Origin: Ilumatobacter sp. | GTDB taxonomy: Bacteria; Actinomycetota; Acidimicrobiia; Acidimicrobiales; Ilumatobacteraceae | Assembly (NCBI GenBank): GCA_002711735.1 | Contig: PASB01000054.1 | Span: forward strand, 8,044-72,043 | Reading direction: 5' to 3' | Length of the DNA stretch: 64,000 bases | Shown here: positions 1-10,003 of the stretch, in pieces | Layout of the letters: every line of letters starts with the position of its first letter | Numbering within the stretch: position 1 is the first letter of the stretch | Notes under the pieces: model-generated | What the model was told of the DNA's origin: nothing | What the model saw: the letters and a program-made list of their open reading frames with translations, nothing else | Databases searched by the model: none | Program-made: the position numbers and the translations under genes

Positions 1-2
1 CA

Positions 3-278
3 ATTGAGGTCGGTCACGAGGTAGTGACCACATCAGGTATTTTCGGCACAATTACTGGAGAAGATGGGCCGAATCGATTCTGGCTAGAAATCGATGACGA
101 GCACGATGTGCAAATCCGCGTGGCGCGCGCTGCGATACAGAACGTCGTCACCCCCGACGACAATGTCGAGGTAGCTGATCGCAGCGATGACGCTGACAGC
201 GGGACGGCTACCACTGCGAGCGACTCGGACGACGGTGATGCTCTTGATGCGGTGACGAACGACGACACCAGTAGCTGA
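3..278 (+). CDS. yajC: Preprotein translocase subunit YajC (5'-truncated by window edge)
   Basis: Frame open from base 3: IEVGHEVVTTSGIFGTI, the YajC G-x-x-V-x-T-x-x-G-I-x-G motif; directly upstream of secD. Confidence 0.9.
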   Translation: MEVGHEVVTTSGIFGTITGEDGPNRFWLEIDDEHDVQIRVARAAIQNVVTPDDNVEVADRSDDADSGTATTASDSDDGDALDAVTNDDTSS

Positions 279-1732
279 TGAAACGACGCCTCTGGATTTC
301 GCTAATCGGCACGATCATTGCCGTTGTAGGTGCCTTGGCTTTCAATCTCGCCACCGACAACAAGCCCATCCTCGGTCTTGATCTTCAGGGCGGGCTCTCG
401 GTAATTTTAGCTCCTGAGGAAGGTGCATCTGAAGCTGACCTGCTGGTCATTCGAGATCTTGTCCGATCCTCGCTTGAACGGAGCGGCGTCGCTGAGCCCG
501 ACGTGCGCGTGCAGGGTTCGAACATCGTTGTCGACCTTCCTGGAGTGAAGGACAAAGAAGAGGCCTTGCGCAGCGTCAGCGTGTCCGGCATTGTCGAGCT
601 CCGGCCTGTAGTCAATTTGTCCGACTGCTCCGCTCCCATTACTGATCCCGAAATCACAGATGACGTCGAGCCGAATGGTTTCCGCCGGTCGACTCCCGAA
701 CCGGAGTCCGATGATGTTGTGCCGCCTGTACCTGCCCTGTTTGCGAACGATGCAGAGTTTCTGCCGACGCTTGATGGCAGTGCAGTGTGTGCCGGTCCAG
801 CGCAGGCCAGCGGTGAAGTGTTCAAGCGGGACAGCGCCTCGGTGGCGCTTGGTCAATTCGGTGGATTCAGTGTGAACGTTGAGCTGCGCAGCGATGGTGA
901 AGCAGCGTGGAACTCCCTGGCAGCTCAGTGTTTCAATCAGCTCCCGACGTGCCCGTCGACCGGGACTGACGTAAACGGCGCATCGCGTCCCGGCCAGATT
1001 GCCATCGTGCTGGATGGCGTGGTGCAATCAGCGCCGGTGGTTAATACTCCGGTCTTCGACGGAAATGTCTCGATTACTGGCAGTTTTAGTCAAGAAGAAG
1101 CCGAACAGCTTGCTGACGTGCTCAATCGAGGAGCGTTCCCGGTTCAGGTCACGCCGCAAGAGACCCGCACCGTCTCGGCGTCTGCCGGTGGGGACTCGTT
1201 AAAGGCTGCGATTATTTCCGGTCTCATAGGTCTTGCTCTGGTGCTCGTTTTCCTCGTCTTCTACTACCGCCAGCTAGCGCTTGTCATCATCGGTGGTCTT
1301 GCCATTTGGGGAATGACGGTTTACAGCGCTGCGTCATTTGTTTCGGGAGCGACGAATTACGCACTCAGCCTCGCCGGCATCACCGGCATCATCGTTGCGA
1401 TCGGTGTCACCGTTGACAGCTACGTGGTGTTCTTCGAGCGCATGAAAGACGAAATCCGCAACGGTCGAACGCTGCGTAATGCCGCACCGCGAAGTTTCAA
1501 CAGCACGTGGCGCACTATCTGGTCCGCAGACCTTGTCTCGGTGATTGGTGCCGTCATCTTGTTCTCTCTCAGCGTTGGGTCCGTGCGTGGTTTCGCCCTG
1601 TACCTCGGCATCACTACGATCTGCGACCTCTTCGTGTGTTTCTTCTTTACCCGGCCGGCGGTTCTTCTTTTGGCGAGAAGTAAGTTCATGGTCGGCAAAC
1701 GCGCCTTCGGGCTGGAGGTAGCAGCGTCATGA
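278..1732 (+). CDS. secD: Protein translocase subunit SecD
   Basis: LGLDLQGG N-terminal motif, IAIVLDG, C-terminal TM helices with GVTVDSYVVFFER. Confidence 0.97.
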   Translation: MKRRLWISLIGTIIAVVGALAFNLATDNKPILGLDLQGGLSVILAPEEGASEADLLVIRDLVRSSLERSGVAEPDVRVQGSNIVVDLPGVKDKEEALRSVSVSGIVELRPVVNLSDCSAPITDPEITDDVEPNGFRRSTPEPESDDVVPPVPALFANDAEFLPTLDGSAVCAGPAQASGEVFKRDSASVALGQFGGFSVNVELRSDGEAAWNSLAAQCFNQLPTCPSTGTDVNGASRPGQIAIVLDGVVQSAPVVNTPVFDGNVSITGSFSQEEAEQLADVLNRGAFPVQVTPQETRTVSASAGGDSLKAAIISGLIGLALVLVFLVFYYRQLALVIIGGLAIWGMTVYSAASFVSGATNYALSLAGITGIIVAIGVTVDSYVVFFERMKDEIRNGRTLRNAAPRSFNSTWRTIWSADLVSVIGAVILFSLSVGSVRGFALYLGITTICDLFVCFFFTRPAVLLLARSKFMVGKRAFGLEVAAS

Positions 1733-2886
1733 GTCGCGGGGACTACATCGCATCCAGCGGCCCCGGCCGGCTCTTCCGTGGACAGACTGCGGTCGACTTT
1801 TACGGCAAGCGCCGCATTGGACTGATCGTGGCCATCGTGGTGATCGTTGTCACGCTTTTGTCGCTGTTCACCAGAGGCCTGAATCTTGGGCTCGATTTTG
1901 AAGGTGGCGACGCCTGGGATGTTCCAGCAAGCGAGGACTTCACGACCGACGACGCAGCGGACGTGCTCGAAGAAAATGGTGTCTCGACGACCGGGGCACG
2001 CATACAACGTCGCTCGGGTGAGACAACCGACGTAGTCACGATTCAAATCGAAGAAGTCAGCCGCGATGTTGCCTTGGACCTGACCAATGGCTTTGCAGAA
2101 CGAGCTGGCGTTGACCCCGAAGAGATCAGTTTCTCCTTTACCAGTTCCACTTGGGGCGGTGAAATCACCGATAAGGCCGTTCGGGCGCTCGTGATCTTCT
2201 TGATCATCGTCTCGATTTTCATTTCGATCCGATTTGAGTACCGCATGGCGGTGGCCGCCCTTGCAGCGATGGTCCATGACGTCATCGTCGTGGTTGGGGT
2301 CTATTCGGTGCTTGGCTTCGAGGTGACCCCTGCGACCGTTATCGCCTTCCTTACTATTCTCGGCTATTCGCTGTACGACACGATCGTCGTCTTCGACCGA
2401 GTGCAGGAAAATGAGGGCAAGTACGCCGGCGTCCGGATGCCATACGAGGACATCGTCAACATTTCGATGAACCAAGTATTGATGCGCTCCATCAACACCA
2501 GCATCTCTTCGATTCTTCCCGTGATTTCTTTGCTGCTGATCGGCTCCGGTCTCCTCGGCGCCGTAACGCTGCGCGAGTTTGCGCTGGCGCTGCTGATTGG
2601 CATGATTTCTGGGATCTACTCCTCAATCTTTGTGGCCACGCCACTGCTTGCAGCCCTGAAGGCAAATGTCGGCCGTAAAGCCCGCCGCGAACGCCTGACT
2701 GGCGACAACTTGCGCGCTGCAGTCATCGGTTCCGGAGTCACCGGGCGTGTAGCCGCGGCACCGACCGATGTTGAGGGCGACAACGACGATGATCGTGACG
2801 GCGACGACACGTCCGTAACCATCGTTGAACCGGCAGGCAAACTCCTCACCCATCCGCCGCGACCACGTAAGAAGAAGCGCCGCTGA
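1729..2886 (+). CDS. secF: Protein translocase subunit SecF
   Basis: LGLDFEGG, HDV, GYSLYDTIVVFDR, RSINTS motifs; ATGA overlap with secD. Confidence 0.97.
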   Translation: MSRGDYIASSGPGRLFRGQTAVDFYGKRRIGLIVAIVVIVVTLLSLFTRGLNLGLDFEGGDAWDVPASEDFTTDDAADVLEENGVSTTGARIQRRSGETTDVVTIQIEEVSRDVALDLTNGFAERAGVDPEEISFSFTSSTWGGEITDKAVRALVIFLIIVSIFISIRFEYRMAVAALAAMVHDVIVVVGVYSVLGFEVTPATVIAFLTILGYSLYDTIVVFDRVQENEGKYAGVRMPYEDIVNISMNQVLMRSINTSISSILPVISLLLIGSGLLGAVTLREFALALLIGMISGIYSSIFVATPLLAALKANVGRKARRERLTGDNLRAAVIGSGVTGRVAAAPTDVEGDNDDDRDGDDTSVTIVEPAGKLLTHPPRPRKKKRR

Positions 2887-2911
2887 CCAACGCGGCAGAT
2901 AACCTCAGCAC

Positions 2912-3439
2912 ATGAGAGCTGAACACGGCGCACTTCGCAGCTTTGTCCGCGACATTGCCGACTATCCCGTAGCGGGGGTCACGTTCCGCGACATCACCCC
3001 TCTGTTGGGCGATTCGACAGCGCTCACCCAATCAGTTGACGCCATGGCCGCAAGGTTCGAAGGCACCCAAATCGATCGGGTTGTCGGCATTGAGGCTAGA
3101 GGCTTCATCTTCGGAGCGGCGGTTGCTTATCGGGTAGGTGCCGGATTCGTACCGGTTCGCAAAGCCGGCAAGTTGCCGTGGGCAGTTGTCCGTGAGGAAT
3201 ACAACCTCGAATATGGGTCTGACAAGCTCGAGATTCATCGCGATGCGATTCATCCAGGCGAACAGATTTTGATCGTGGATGACGTTCTCGCCACAGGTGG
3301 AACGGCCGCAGCAACTGCAAAGCTCGTTGAAATACTCGGTGGCGTGGTGGCTGGTCTAGCTTTCTTGCTCGAGATCGAAAGTCTCGGCGGTCGAGCGAAA
3401 CTCGGCGAACGGACGACGCAGGCGTTGCTCCACTACTGA
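2912..3439 (+). CDS. apt: Adenine phosphoribosyltransferase
   Basis: FRDITPLL, EARGF, RKAGKLP, PRPP motif VDDVLATGGT; secF-apt-rel synteny. Confidence 0.97.
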   Translation: MRAEHGALRSFVRDIADYPVAGVTFRDITPLLGDSTALTQSVDAMAARFEGTQIDRVVGIEARGFIFGAAVAYRVGAGFVPVRKAGKLPWAVVREEYNLEYGSDKLEIHRDAIHPGEQILIVDDVLATGGTAAATAKLVEILGGVVAGLAFLLEIESLGGRAKLGERTTQALLHY

Positions 3440-3441
3440 TC

Positions 3442-5682
3442 ATGGGAACGGTCGACAGAGTCTTGCCCTGGAGGCGAACGCCGACCATGCCGACCGCGTC
3501 TGAGCTCGGTCCGCTTCTTGCGGCGTATCGACGCCGGCATCCTCGCGCATCGACCACTACGATTAACCGGGCTTACCGGGTCGCCGCAACTGCGCACGGG
3601 TTGCAGCGGCGAGGTTCTGGAGAGAGCTACATAAACCACCCGTTAGCTGTGGCATGCATCGTCGCCGACATCGGGCTTGACGAAGTGTCTGTCGTTGCGG
3701 CGCTGCTCCACGATGCGGTTGAAGACACAGAGATCACCGTGGCTGATGTGCAGCGTGACTTCGGCGACGAGGTCGCCGTCATTGTGGACGGGGTCACGAA
3801 ACTTGAGCGCATTCGATTCGACAGTCGTGAAGAGCAGCAGGCGGCGACAATGCGCAAGATGCTTGTCGCTATGGCGAAAGATCTGCGCGTGTTGGTGATC
3901 AAGCTTGCTGACCGGTTGCACAATATGCGAACAATTGCCGCGATGCCGCTAGAGAAGCAGCAGCAAAAGGCACAAGAAACGCTTGATATTTATGCCCCGC
4001 TGGCCCATCGCCTTGGGATGCAGGAGATGAAGCAACAGCTTGAGGATCTGTCGTTCTCAGCTCTGCATCCAAAACGGTTCGCTGAACTCGATCATCTTGT
4101 AAGCAGTCGAACGCCTGAGCGTGACATGTATCTTGCCAAGTCGGTCGCCGAGGTTCGGTCTCGGCTCGGAGAACTGGGCATCGACGCCGAAGTCACCGGT
4201 CGAGGTAAACACCTCTGGAGCATCTACGAAAAGATGGTGGTGAAAAGTCGCGAATTCGACGAAATCTTCGACCTTATTGCGGTTCGGGTCATCGTGCCCT
4301 CAATGAAGGATTGTTACGCAGCACTCGGCTGCATCCACGGTCGTTGGCGACCCATTGTTGGCCGGTTCAAGGATTACATCGCGATGCCCAAGTTCAACCT
4401 GTACCAGAGCTTGCACACCACGGTCATCGGACCCGCCGGCAAACCGATCGAAGTGCAGATTCGGACGAGAGAAATGCACCAGCGTGCCGAATGGGGCGTC
4501 GCTGCTCACTGGGCGTATAAGGACGGCACCGACAGCACACAAGACATCGACTGGCTTAACCGCATCATAGACTGGCAAGAAGAGGTCTCCGATCCTGCTC
4601 AGTTCATGGAGAGCCTCAAAACTGACCTTGAGCAAGATGAGGTTTTTGTCTTCACGCCGAAGGGCCGGGTCATCACGCTGCCGGTCGGCTCCACCACTGT
4701 TGATTTCGCTTATGCGGTGCACACCGAGGTCGGCCATGCCTGCATCGGAAGCAAGATCAACGGCCGGTTGGTTCCGCTCGATAACACCGTGCAGAGTGGT
4801 GACAACGTCGAAATTTTCACTTCAAAGATCGAAACAGCTGGTCCGTCCCAAGACTGGTTGGCCTTCGTGGTGTCCCCACGAGCTCGGAACAAGATCCGCC
4901 AGTGGTTCAGCCGGGAGCGTCGCCTCGACACGATTGAGGCGGGCCGCGACGATCTCAGCGACCGTCTCCGACGTGAAGGACTGCCGGTGCAGCGGATCTG
5001 GAAGTCACCGCAACTCGAGGCGGTCGTTGCTGAGTTGAGCTACGCCGATCTCGACGCAATGCTCCAGGGTGTCGGAGAGCACCACGTGTCTGCGCAGAGC
5101 GTTGCGCAGAAGATCGCCCGCAGGTTCCGAACCGGCGAGGAAGACGAGCAGTTGCCGTCAACGGTCGACACACCGCGCCGCGAACAGCGCGACGACGGGG
5201 CAACCACGGTGGGCGTCCACGTTGAGGGCCTTGACGACGTCATGGTCCGACTCGCTAACTGCTGCACTCCAGTGCCTGGTGACGACATTATTGGCTTTGT
5301 CACCCGCGGTCGCGGTGTGAGCGTGCACCGAAGCGATTGCGCCAACGCCGTGTCACTGATGGCAGAGCAAGCCACGCGGCTCATCGACGTGGAGTGGGGT
5401 GGGGAAGACCAATCCAACGCCACCTTCATTGCTGGCGTTGAGGTCGTCGCATTCGATCGTTCGCGACTTTTGATGGATGTTGCTGTGGCGCTGTCAGAAC
5501 ACAAGATCAACATCGTGTCTTCGCAAACTGTCACGGGCAGCGACCGGGTTGCCAAGATGCAGTTCCAGTTTGAGTTGTTCAATTTGGGCCAGCTGGACTC
5601 GGTGCTGCAGACCATCAAAGGCATCGAGTCGGTTTACGACGCCTATCGGTTGAATCCTGGCAGCGCAGCTGCGGCCGGCTGA
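3442..5682 (+). CDS. relA: Bifunctional (p)ppGpp synthetase/hydrolase Rel
   Basis: Intact HD hydrolase (LLHDAVED), RFKD, YQSLHT, EVQIRT, TGS (VHTEVG), CC and ACT domains. Confidence 0.97.
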   Translation: MGTVDRVLPWRRTPTMPTASELGPLLAAYRRRHPRASTTTINRAYRVAATAHGLQRRGSGESYINHPLAVACIVADIGLDEVSVVAALLHDAVEDTEITVADVQRDFGDEVAVIVDGVTKLERIRFDSREEQQAATMRKMLVAMAKDLRVLVIKLADRLHNMRTIAAMPLEKQQQKAQETLDIYAPLAHRLGMQEMKQQLEDLSFSALHPKRFAELDHLVSSRTPERDMYLAKSVAEVRSRLGELGIDAEVTGRGKHLWSIYEKMVVKSREFDEIFDLIAVRVIVPSMKDCYAALGCIHGRWRPIVGRFKDYIAMPKFNLYQSLHTTVIGPAGKPIEVQIRTREMHQRAEWGVAAHWAYKDGTDSTQDIDWLNRIIDWQEEVSDPAQFMESLKTDLEQDEVFVFTPKGRVITLPVGSTTVDFAYAVHTEVGHACIGSKINGRLVPLDNTVQSGDNVEIFTSKIETAGPSQDWLAFVVSPRARNKIRQWFSRERRLDTIEAGRDDLSDRLRREGLPVQRIWKSPQLEAVVAELSYADLDAMLQGVGEHHVSAQSVAQKIARRFRTGEEDEQLPSTVDTPRREQRDDGATTVGVHVEGLDDVMVRLANCCTPVPGDDIIGFVTRGRGVSVHRSDCANAVSLMAEQATRLIDVEWGGEDQSNATFIAGVEVVAFDRSRLLMDVAVALSEHKINIVSSQTVTGSDRVAKMQFQFELFNLGQLDSVLQTIKGIESVYDAYRLNPGSAAAAG

Positions 5683-5730
5683 CGCAACCGTCCCGCTGCA
5701 GGGCGGACCTCGCAGGTAGTCTGTCATGCC

Positions 5731-6984
5731 GTGCCCGAGTTCCAAACCAGTCCCGGCATGCGGGACATTCTGCCGCCCGAGAGCGGTCGTTGGCGCAGAT
5801 TCACGGCTGTCTTCGCTGATGTCGTTGAGGCTGCTGGGTATCAGCAACTGATCCCCCCGCTGCTTGAGGATCTCGGTGTCTTCACGCGAATCGGTGATGC
5901 CACCGATGTCGTCACCAAAGAGATGTACGACTTCGTCGACAAGGGTAAGCGGCGTGTGGCGCTCCGCCCGGAGCAGACGGCAAGCGTGTGCCGATCGTTT
6001 GCCCAACATCGACCCACCGTGCCCTGGAAAGTGTTTTACTCAGGACCAAACTTCCGCTACGAGAAACCCCAGCGCGGGCGTTACCGCCAGTTCGATCAGG
6101 TTGGCGTCGAGGTGCTCGGTGTGGACGACCCGATGCTTGATGTCGAAGTTATTTCGCTCGGTTGGGAGTTCTATCGTGCACTCGGGCTGCGCGAGGTGAC
6201 ATTGCAGCTGAACAGTCTCGGCGAGCCCGGGGATCGAGCGCAGTACGTCAATGCGCTGCGCACGCACTTCGAGGCAGCCGGGGAACGACTGAGCGAACAG
6301 AGCCGCATCACGCTGACAAAGAACCCGCTGCGCATTCTTGATTCCAAACGGGAGCCTGACCAACCGTTCATTAAATCGGCGCCCCAAATCGCCGATTTCT
6401 ACAGTGACGAGGCTGCTGCTCACTTCGATGCCGTGAAAGTTGGCCTGCGTGCGCTTGGCATCCAGTTTGTTGAGGAGCCGAAGCTCGTGCGTGGCCTGGA
6501 CTACTACCGACGAACGATTTTCGAATTCCTGGGCGGCACCCTTGATTCTGCACAAAATGCTCTTGGGGGTGGGGGTCGCTACGACGGACTTGTCCAGGCG
6601 CTCGGTGGACCAGCAACTCCCGGCATCGGGTTCGCCCTCGGCGTCGACAGAACCCTCATTGCCTGCGATGACGAGGGCTGCTTTGACGCTGAGGCGCCGC
6701 AGCTCGACGTATTTGTCGTCGATGCAGTCGGTGGTCTCGAAGCGGCGGTACTCACCAGCGACCTGCGGGCAGTAGGCCTGTCGGTCGATCGAGGCTACGA
6801 CAACCGCAGCATGAAAGCCCAAATGAAGCTCGCCAACCGCAGCGGTGCATCGTTTGCAGTCATCGTCGGCGAGCAAGAGCAGGCCGACGGCGCCGTCGTG
6901 ATCAAGCCAATGCATGGCGGAGATCAATTCACCGTTCCCCGATCCGAGCTCATCGCTCATCTCTTAGAAACCACGAACTTATGA
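5731..6984 (+). CDS. hisS: Histidine--tRNA ligase
   Basis: LRPEQTA, FRYEKPQRGRYRQFDQ, LVRGLDYY, GGGRYD. Confidence 0.98.
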   Translation: MPEFQTSPGMRDILPPESGRWRRFTAVFADVVEAAGYQQLIPPLLEDLGVFTRIGDATDVVTKEMYDFVDKGKRRVALRPEQTASVCRSFAQHRPTVPWKVFYSGPNFRYEKPQRGRYRQFDQVGVEVLGVDDPMLDVEVISLGWEFYRALGLREVTLQLNSLGEPGDRAQYVNALRTHFEAAGERLSEQSRITLTKNPLRILDSKREPDQPFIKSAPQIADFYSDEAAAHFDAVKVGLRALGIQFVEEPKLVRGLDYYRRTIFEFLGGTLDSAQNALGGGGRYDGLVQALGGPATPGIGFALGVDRTLIACDDEGCFDAEAPQLDVFVVDAVGGLEAAVLTSDLRAVGLSVDRGYDNRSMKAQMKLANRSGASFAVIVGEQEQADGAVVIKPMHGGDQFTVPRSELIAHLLETTNL

Positions 6985-8744
6985 CTGAATCGACTCCGAC
7001 CAACCATCCAACATCGATGCGCACCCACCTGTGCGGGGCGCTCCGCGATGCTGACGTCGGCAGCACGGTGAGCGTGTGCGGTTGGGTCGGTCGCCGCCGA
7101 GAGCACGGCGAACACCTTGCCTTCGTTGACTTGCGCGATCACTCGGGCATCGTGCAGTGCGTCATCAACGATGACGTTGATGTGCGCAGCGAGTACGTGC
7201 TGAAGATCACCGGAACGGTACGTGAGCGTCCCGAGGGCACCATGAACGACGCCCTGCCGACCGGACGCGTCGAGATTGGCGATTGCGAGGTCGAGATCTT
7301 GCGCAGCGCTACGCCACCGCCGTTCCCCATCGATGCTCGCGCTGACGATGTCGACGAGAACATCCGGCTCAAGCACCGCTACCTTGACCTGCGGCGCGAG
7401 CGGATGCAGAAGAACCTGCGTCTGAGGTCCAAAGTTAACGCCGCAGTCCGTTACGCCATGGACACCCAGGACTTCGTCGAGGTTGAAACTCCGATGTTGG
7501 TCCCGTCGACACCTGAGGGCGCCCGCGAATTCCTCGTGCCGTCGCGCAAGGAGCCCGGGTCGTTCTATGCGCTGCCGCAGTCGCCGCAGCTCTTTAAGCA
7601 GCTCCTTATGGTGGCCGGAGTCGACCGCTATTACCAGATGGCCCGCTGCCTTCGTGATGAGGACCTGCGCGCCGACCGTCAGTACGAGTTCATGCAGTTA
7701 GACATGGAAATGAGCTTCGTCAACCAAGATGACGTCCTTGATGCAGTGTCGTTAGCGGTGCTTGCAGCCGCTGAGGCAGCAATAGGGGAACGGCCAGCGC
7801 CGATCGAACGGATGACCTGGCGCGACGCCATGAACCGGTTTGGAAGCGACAAGCCCGACCTCCGCTTCGGCATGGAACTGCAGGAGCTGACCCCTGTATT
7901 TGCTCAGACCGAGTTCAAGGCATTCTCCGGCGCGGCTGCCATCAAAGGCATCAAGATCGACGGTGGCGCATCCGAATATGGTCGCAACCAGCTCGACAAG
8001 CTCACCGAGAAAGCGAAGTCGGCCGGCGCCAAGGGTCTTGTCTGGTTGAAGTGCACCGATGACGGTTTTGACTCACCAGTCGCCAAATTCCTTTCCGTCG
8101 AGGAGGTGCCTGAAGTCAAGGCTGTGATGGGCGCTGACACTGGCGACCTGATTCTGATTGTCGCCGATGCGTGGGACACCACATGCCAGGTCCTCGGCAT
8201 GCTCCGCAACGAGATCGCTCGGCCACCTGTCCACGAAGGCCCATACCGCTACGTCTGGGTTGTCGAGTTCCCGCTCTTTGTCGGCCGGGACAAAGAGACG
8301 GGGCAGCCCAAGTCAGGCCACCACCCGTTTACGATGCCGCACCCGGACGACATCGGCAAGTTTGAGAGCGACCCGATGTCGGTCCGCTCGATTGCGTATG
8401 ACCTCGTACTCAACGGCTGGGAGCTCGGCTCGGGTTCGATCCGAATCCACGAGCCGGAGCTGCAACGCAAGGTCTTTCAGGCGCTAGGAATTTCCGATGA
8501 CGAAGCAGAGAAGAAGTTCGGTTTCTTCCTCAACCCGTTCGAGTACGGCGCTCCGCCGCATGGAGGATTTGCGTTCGGTCTTGATCGCCTCGTTGCGATA
8601 CTGGCCGGCGAGGAGAACATTCGTGAGATCATTGCCTTCCCTAAGACCCAGAGCGGAGCGGACCCGATGACCGACAGCCCAATTGTCGGAGATCCGAAAT
8701 CAATGGCTGAACTAGGGTTAAAGGTCCTGCCGCCGACGACATGA
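6981..8744 (+). CDS. aspS: Aspartate--tRNA ligase, probably non-discriminating Asp/Asn type
   Basis: RTHLCG, TPEGAREF, LPQSPQLFKQ, RDED, HHPFT, GAPPHGG; His in RREHG and Gly in RPEG resemble the ND-AspRS signature. Confidence 0.97.
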   Translation: MTESTPTNHPTSMRTHLCGALRDADVGSTVSVCGWVGRRREHGEHLAFVDLRDHSGIVQCVINDDVDVRSEYVLKITGTVRERPEGTMNDALPTGRVEIGDCEVEILRSATPPPFPIDARADDVDENIRLKHRYLDLRRERMQKNLRLRSKVNAAVRYAMDTQDFVEVETPMLVPSTPEGAREFLVPSRKEPGSFYALPQSPQLFKQLLMVAGVDRYYQMARCLRDEDLRADRQYEFMQLDMEMSFVNQDDVLDAVSLAVLAAAEAAIGERPAPIERMTWRDAMNRFGSDKPDLRFGMELQELTPVFAQTEFKAFSGAAAIKGIKIDGGASEYGRNQLDKLTEKAKSAGAKGLVWLKCTDDGFDSPVAKFLSVEEVPEVKAVMGADTGDLILIVADAWDTTCQVLGMLRNEIARPPVHEGPYRYVWVVEFPLFVGRDKETGQPKSGHHPFTMPHPDDIGKFESDPMSVRSIAYDLVLNGWELGSGSIRIHEPELQRKVFQALGISDDEAEKKFGFFLNPFEYGAPPHGGFAFGLDRLVAILAGEENIREIIAFPKTQSGADPMTDSPIVGDPKSMAELGLKVLPPTT

Positions 8745-8764
8745 GCCGCCCGTAGGCTGATCCG

Positions 8765-9286
8765 GTGAAGCCGAACGGTCAACGACGCACGGCGCTCCTC
8801 ACCTTAACTCTCGCAGTTCTGCTGGCGCTTAGCGCGGTCGTTCGGCTGAGCAGGAGTGACGATTCCGCTAGTGACAATGCGGTGCTGCCGTCGGTTGAAC
8901 TGACGGCAGCGAATTCGACTCTGTCGACCGATGAACTCGTCGGAGAACCACTTGTCATAAATTTCTGGTACTCGGCCTGTCCGCCTTGCGCAAACGAACT
9001 GCAAGATTTCGCCGCAGTGCACAATCAATACCGCTATCAGGTTCGGTTTGTCGGAGTGAACGCTATTGACAGCGTTGACAAAATGAGCGAATTTGCTCGC
9101 GAGCGCGGCGTTACCTACGAGCTGTACCAAGACCGCCTGGCAGAACTTCAAACTGAGCTGCGCTTGACGTCGTTTCCGACGACGCTATTTGTTGCCGCCG
9201 ACGGAACGATCGTTGAGCGAACCGGAGTCCTTGACGAGACTGGCTTGGAGAACGAAGTAATTGAACTGCTTGCGGCCGAGAGCTAG
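8765..9286 (+). CDS. Membrane-anchored TlpA/ResA-family thiol-disulfide reductase
   Basis: N-terminal TM helix, VINFWYSACPPC (CxxC), FPTTLFV; TAGGCT -10 lies 6 nt before the GTG. Confidence 0.9.
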   Translation: MKPNGQRRTALLTLTLAVLLALSAVVRLSRSDDSASDNAVLPSVELTAANSTLSTDELVGEPLVINFWYSACPPCANELQDFAAVHNQYRYQVRFVGVNAIDSVDKMSEFARERGVTYELYQDRLAELQTELRLTSFPTTLFVAADGTIVERTGVLDETGLENEVIELLAAES

Positions 9287-9948
9287 TGGGATTGATCAGA
9301 GAGGGTGCGGTGACGACGATCCCCCCATTGAGTCCAGCGTGTTGAGCCTGGTGACCCAGCGATCATCCACAGCAGCACCAGACCAATGACCTCGGTGATG
9401 TGGGCGCTTTCAGCGAGCACGGTGCGTCCGCCGTCGACAATGTCGGCAAGCGCGCTGATAGAGATCGTCACGATTAGGGCAGCCGCAAACGGCAAAAGGC
9501 CGTGAGAGCGATGCGGTTTCCAGGCGACGTAAGCAAAGCCGACGGCGAGCGCAACACCGAAGGCTCCGACATGACGAGCAAGATGGCCGTCGGCTCCGTC
9601 GAGCCGCCCGCCAACCAAGGCGACAACGTTTTGGGCAAGCAGCACAACCGCAACCCAGGCGATGGCGGGTCGTAGCCAGCTGCCACGGCCGAGCACGGCC
9701 GGACGGGTGCGTTCGGCGATTGCTCCGACCAAGTTTGGAATTGGATCTGCTGCCTGGAACCGGAGCTGCCGACTCAGATCACTGAATTGCGCGGCCACAG
9801 CCCTGCATGCGACGCAGCCCACGAGATGTCGCTCGAGCGCCGCATGTTCTGCCACCGTGGCTTCGCCATCCTCACGCGCAGAGAGTAGTTCGCGCGCAGT
9901 CGAACACGTCGAGGGTGGTGGTACGGCCGACGGAACATTGCGAACCAT
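9283..9948 (-). CDS. Zinc-finger (zf-HC2/ZAS) membrane anti-sigma factor, RscA/Rv0093c-like
   Basis: C-x3-RELLSA-x2-DGE...HLVGCVAC (HxxxCxxC), then about 4 TM helices with His residues; divergent from the ECF sigma gene. Confidence 0.88.
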   Translation of the reverse strand: MVRNVPSAVPPPSTCSTARELLSAREDGEATVAEHAALERHLVGCVACRAVAAQFSDLSRQLRFQAADPIPNLVGAIAERTRPAVLGRGSWLRPAIAWVAVVLLAQNVVALVGGRLDGADGHLARHVGAFGVALAVGFAYVAWKPHRSHGLLPFAAALIVTISISALADIVDGGRTVLAESAHITEVIGLVLLWMIAGSPGSTRWTQWGDRRHRTLSDQSH

Positions 9949-9956
9949 GTCACAGA

Positions 9957-9984
9957 GGTCGAAGGTCCCTGCTGTTTGGTTCCC
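9957..9984 (-). promoter_or_regulatory. SigC-type ECF promoter for the anti-sigma gene
   Basis: Minus strand GGGAAC(9984-9979)-N17-CGACC(9961-9957), then 8 nt to ATG 9948. Confidence 0.8.
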
Positions 9985-10003
9985 GACTCGGCAGAATATC
10001 GAC

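Noticed and set aside
1420-2475. Long antisense ORFs (also 6040-6960, 18462-19211, 41167-41877, 47290-48240, 50974-51882, 59308-60012)
   Set aside because: Shadow frames of well-conserved genes in GC-rich DNA, with no protein motifs
9662-10003. 114-aa N-terminal extension of the ECF sigma in the ORF track
   Set aside because: Overlaps the anti-sigma on the other strand; homology and the -10 element point to GTG 10004
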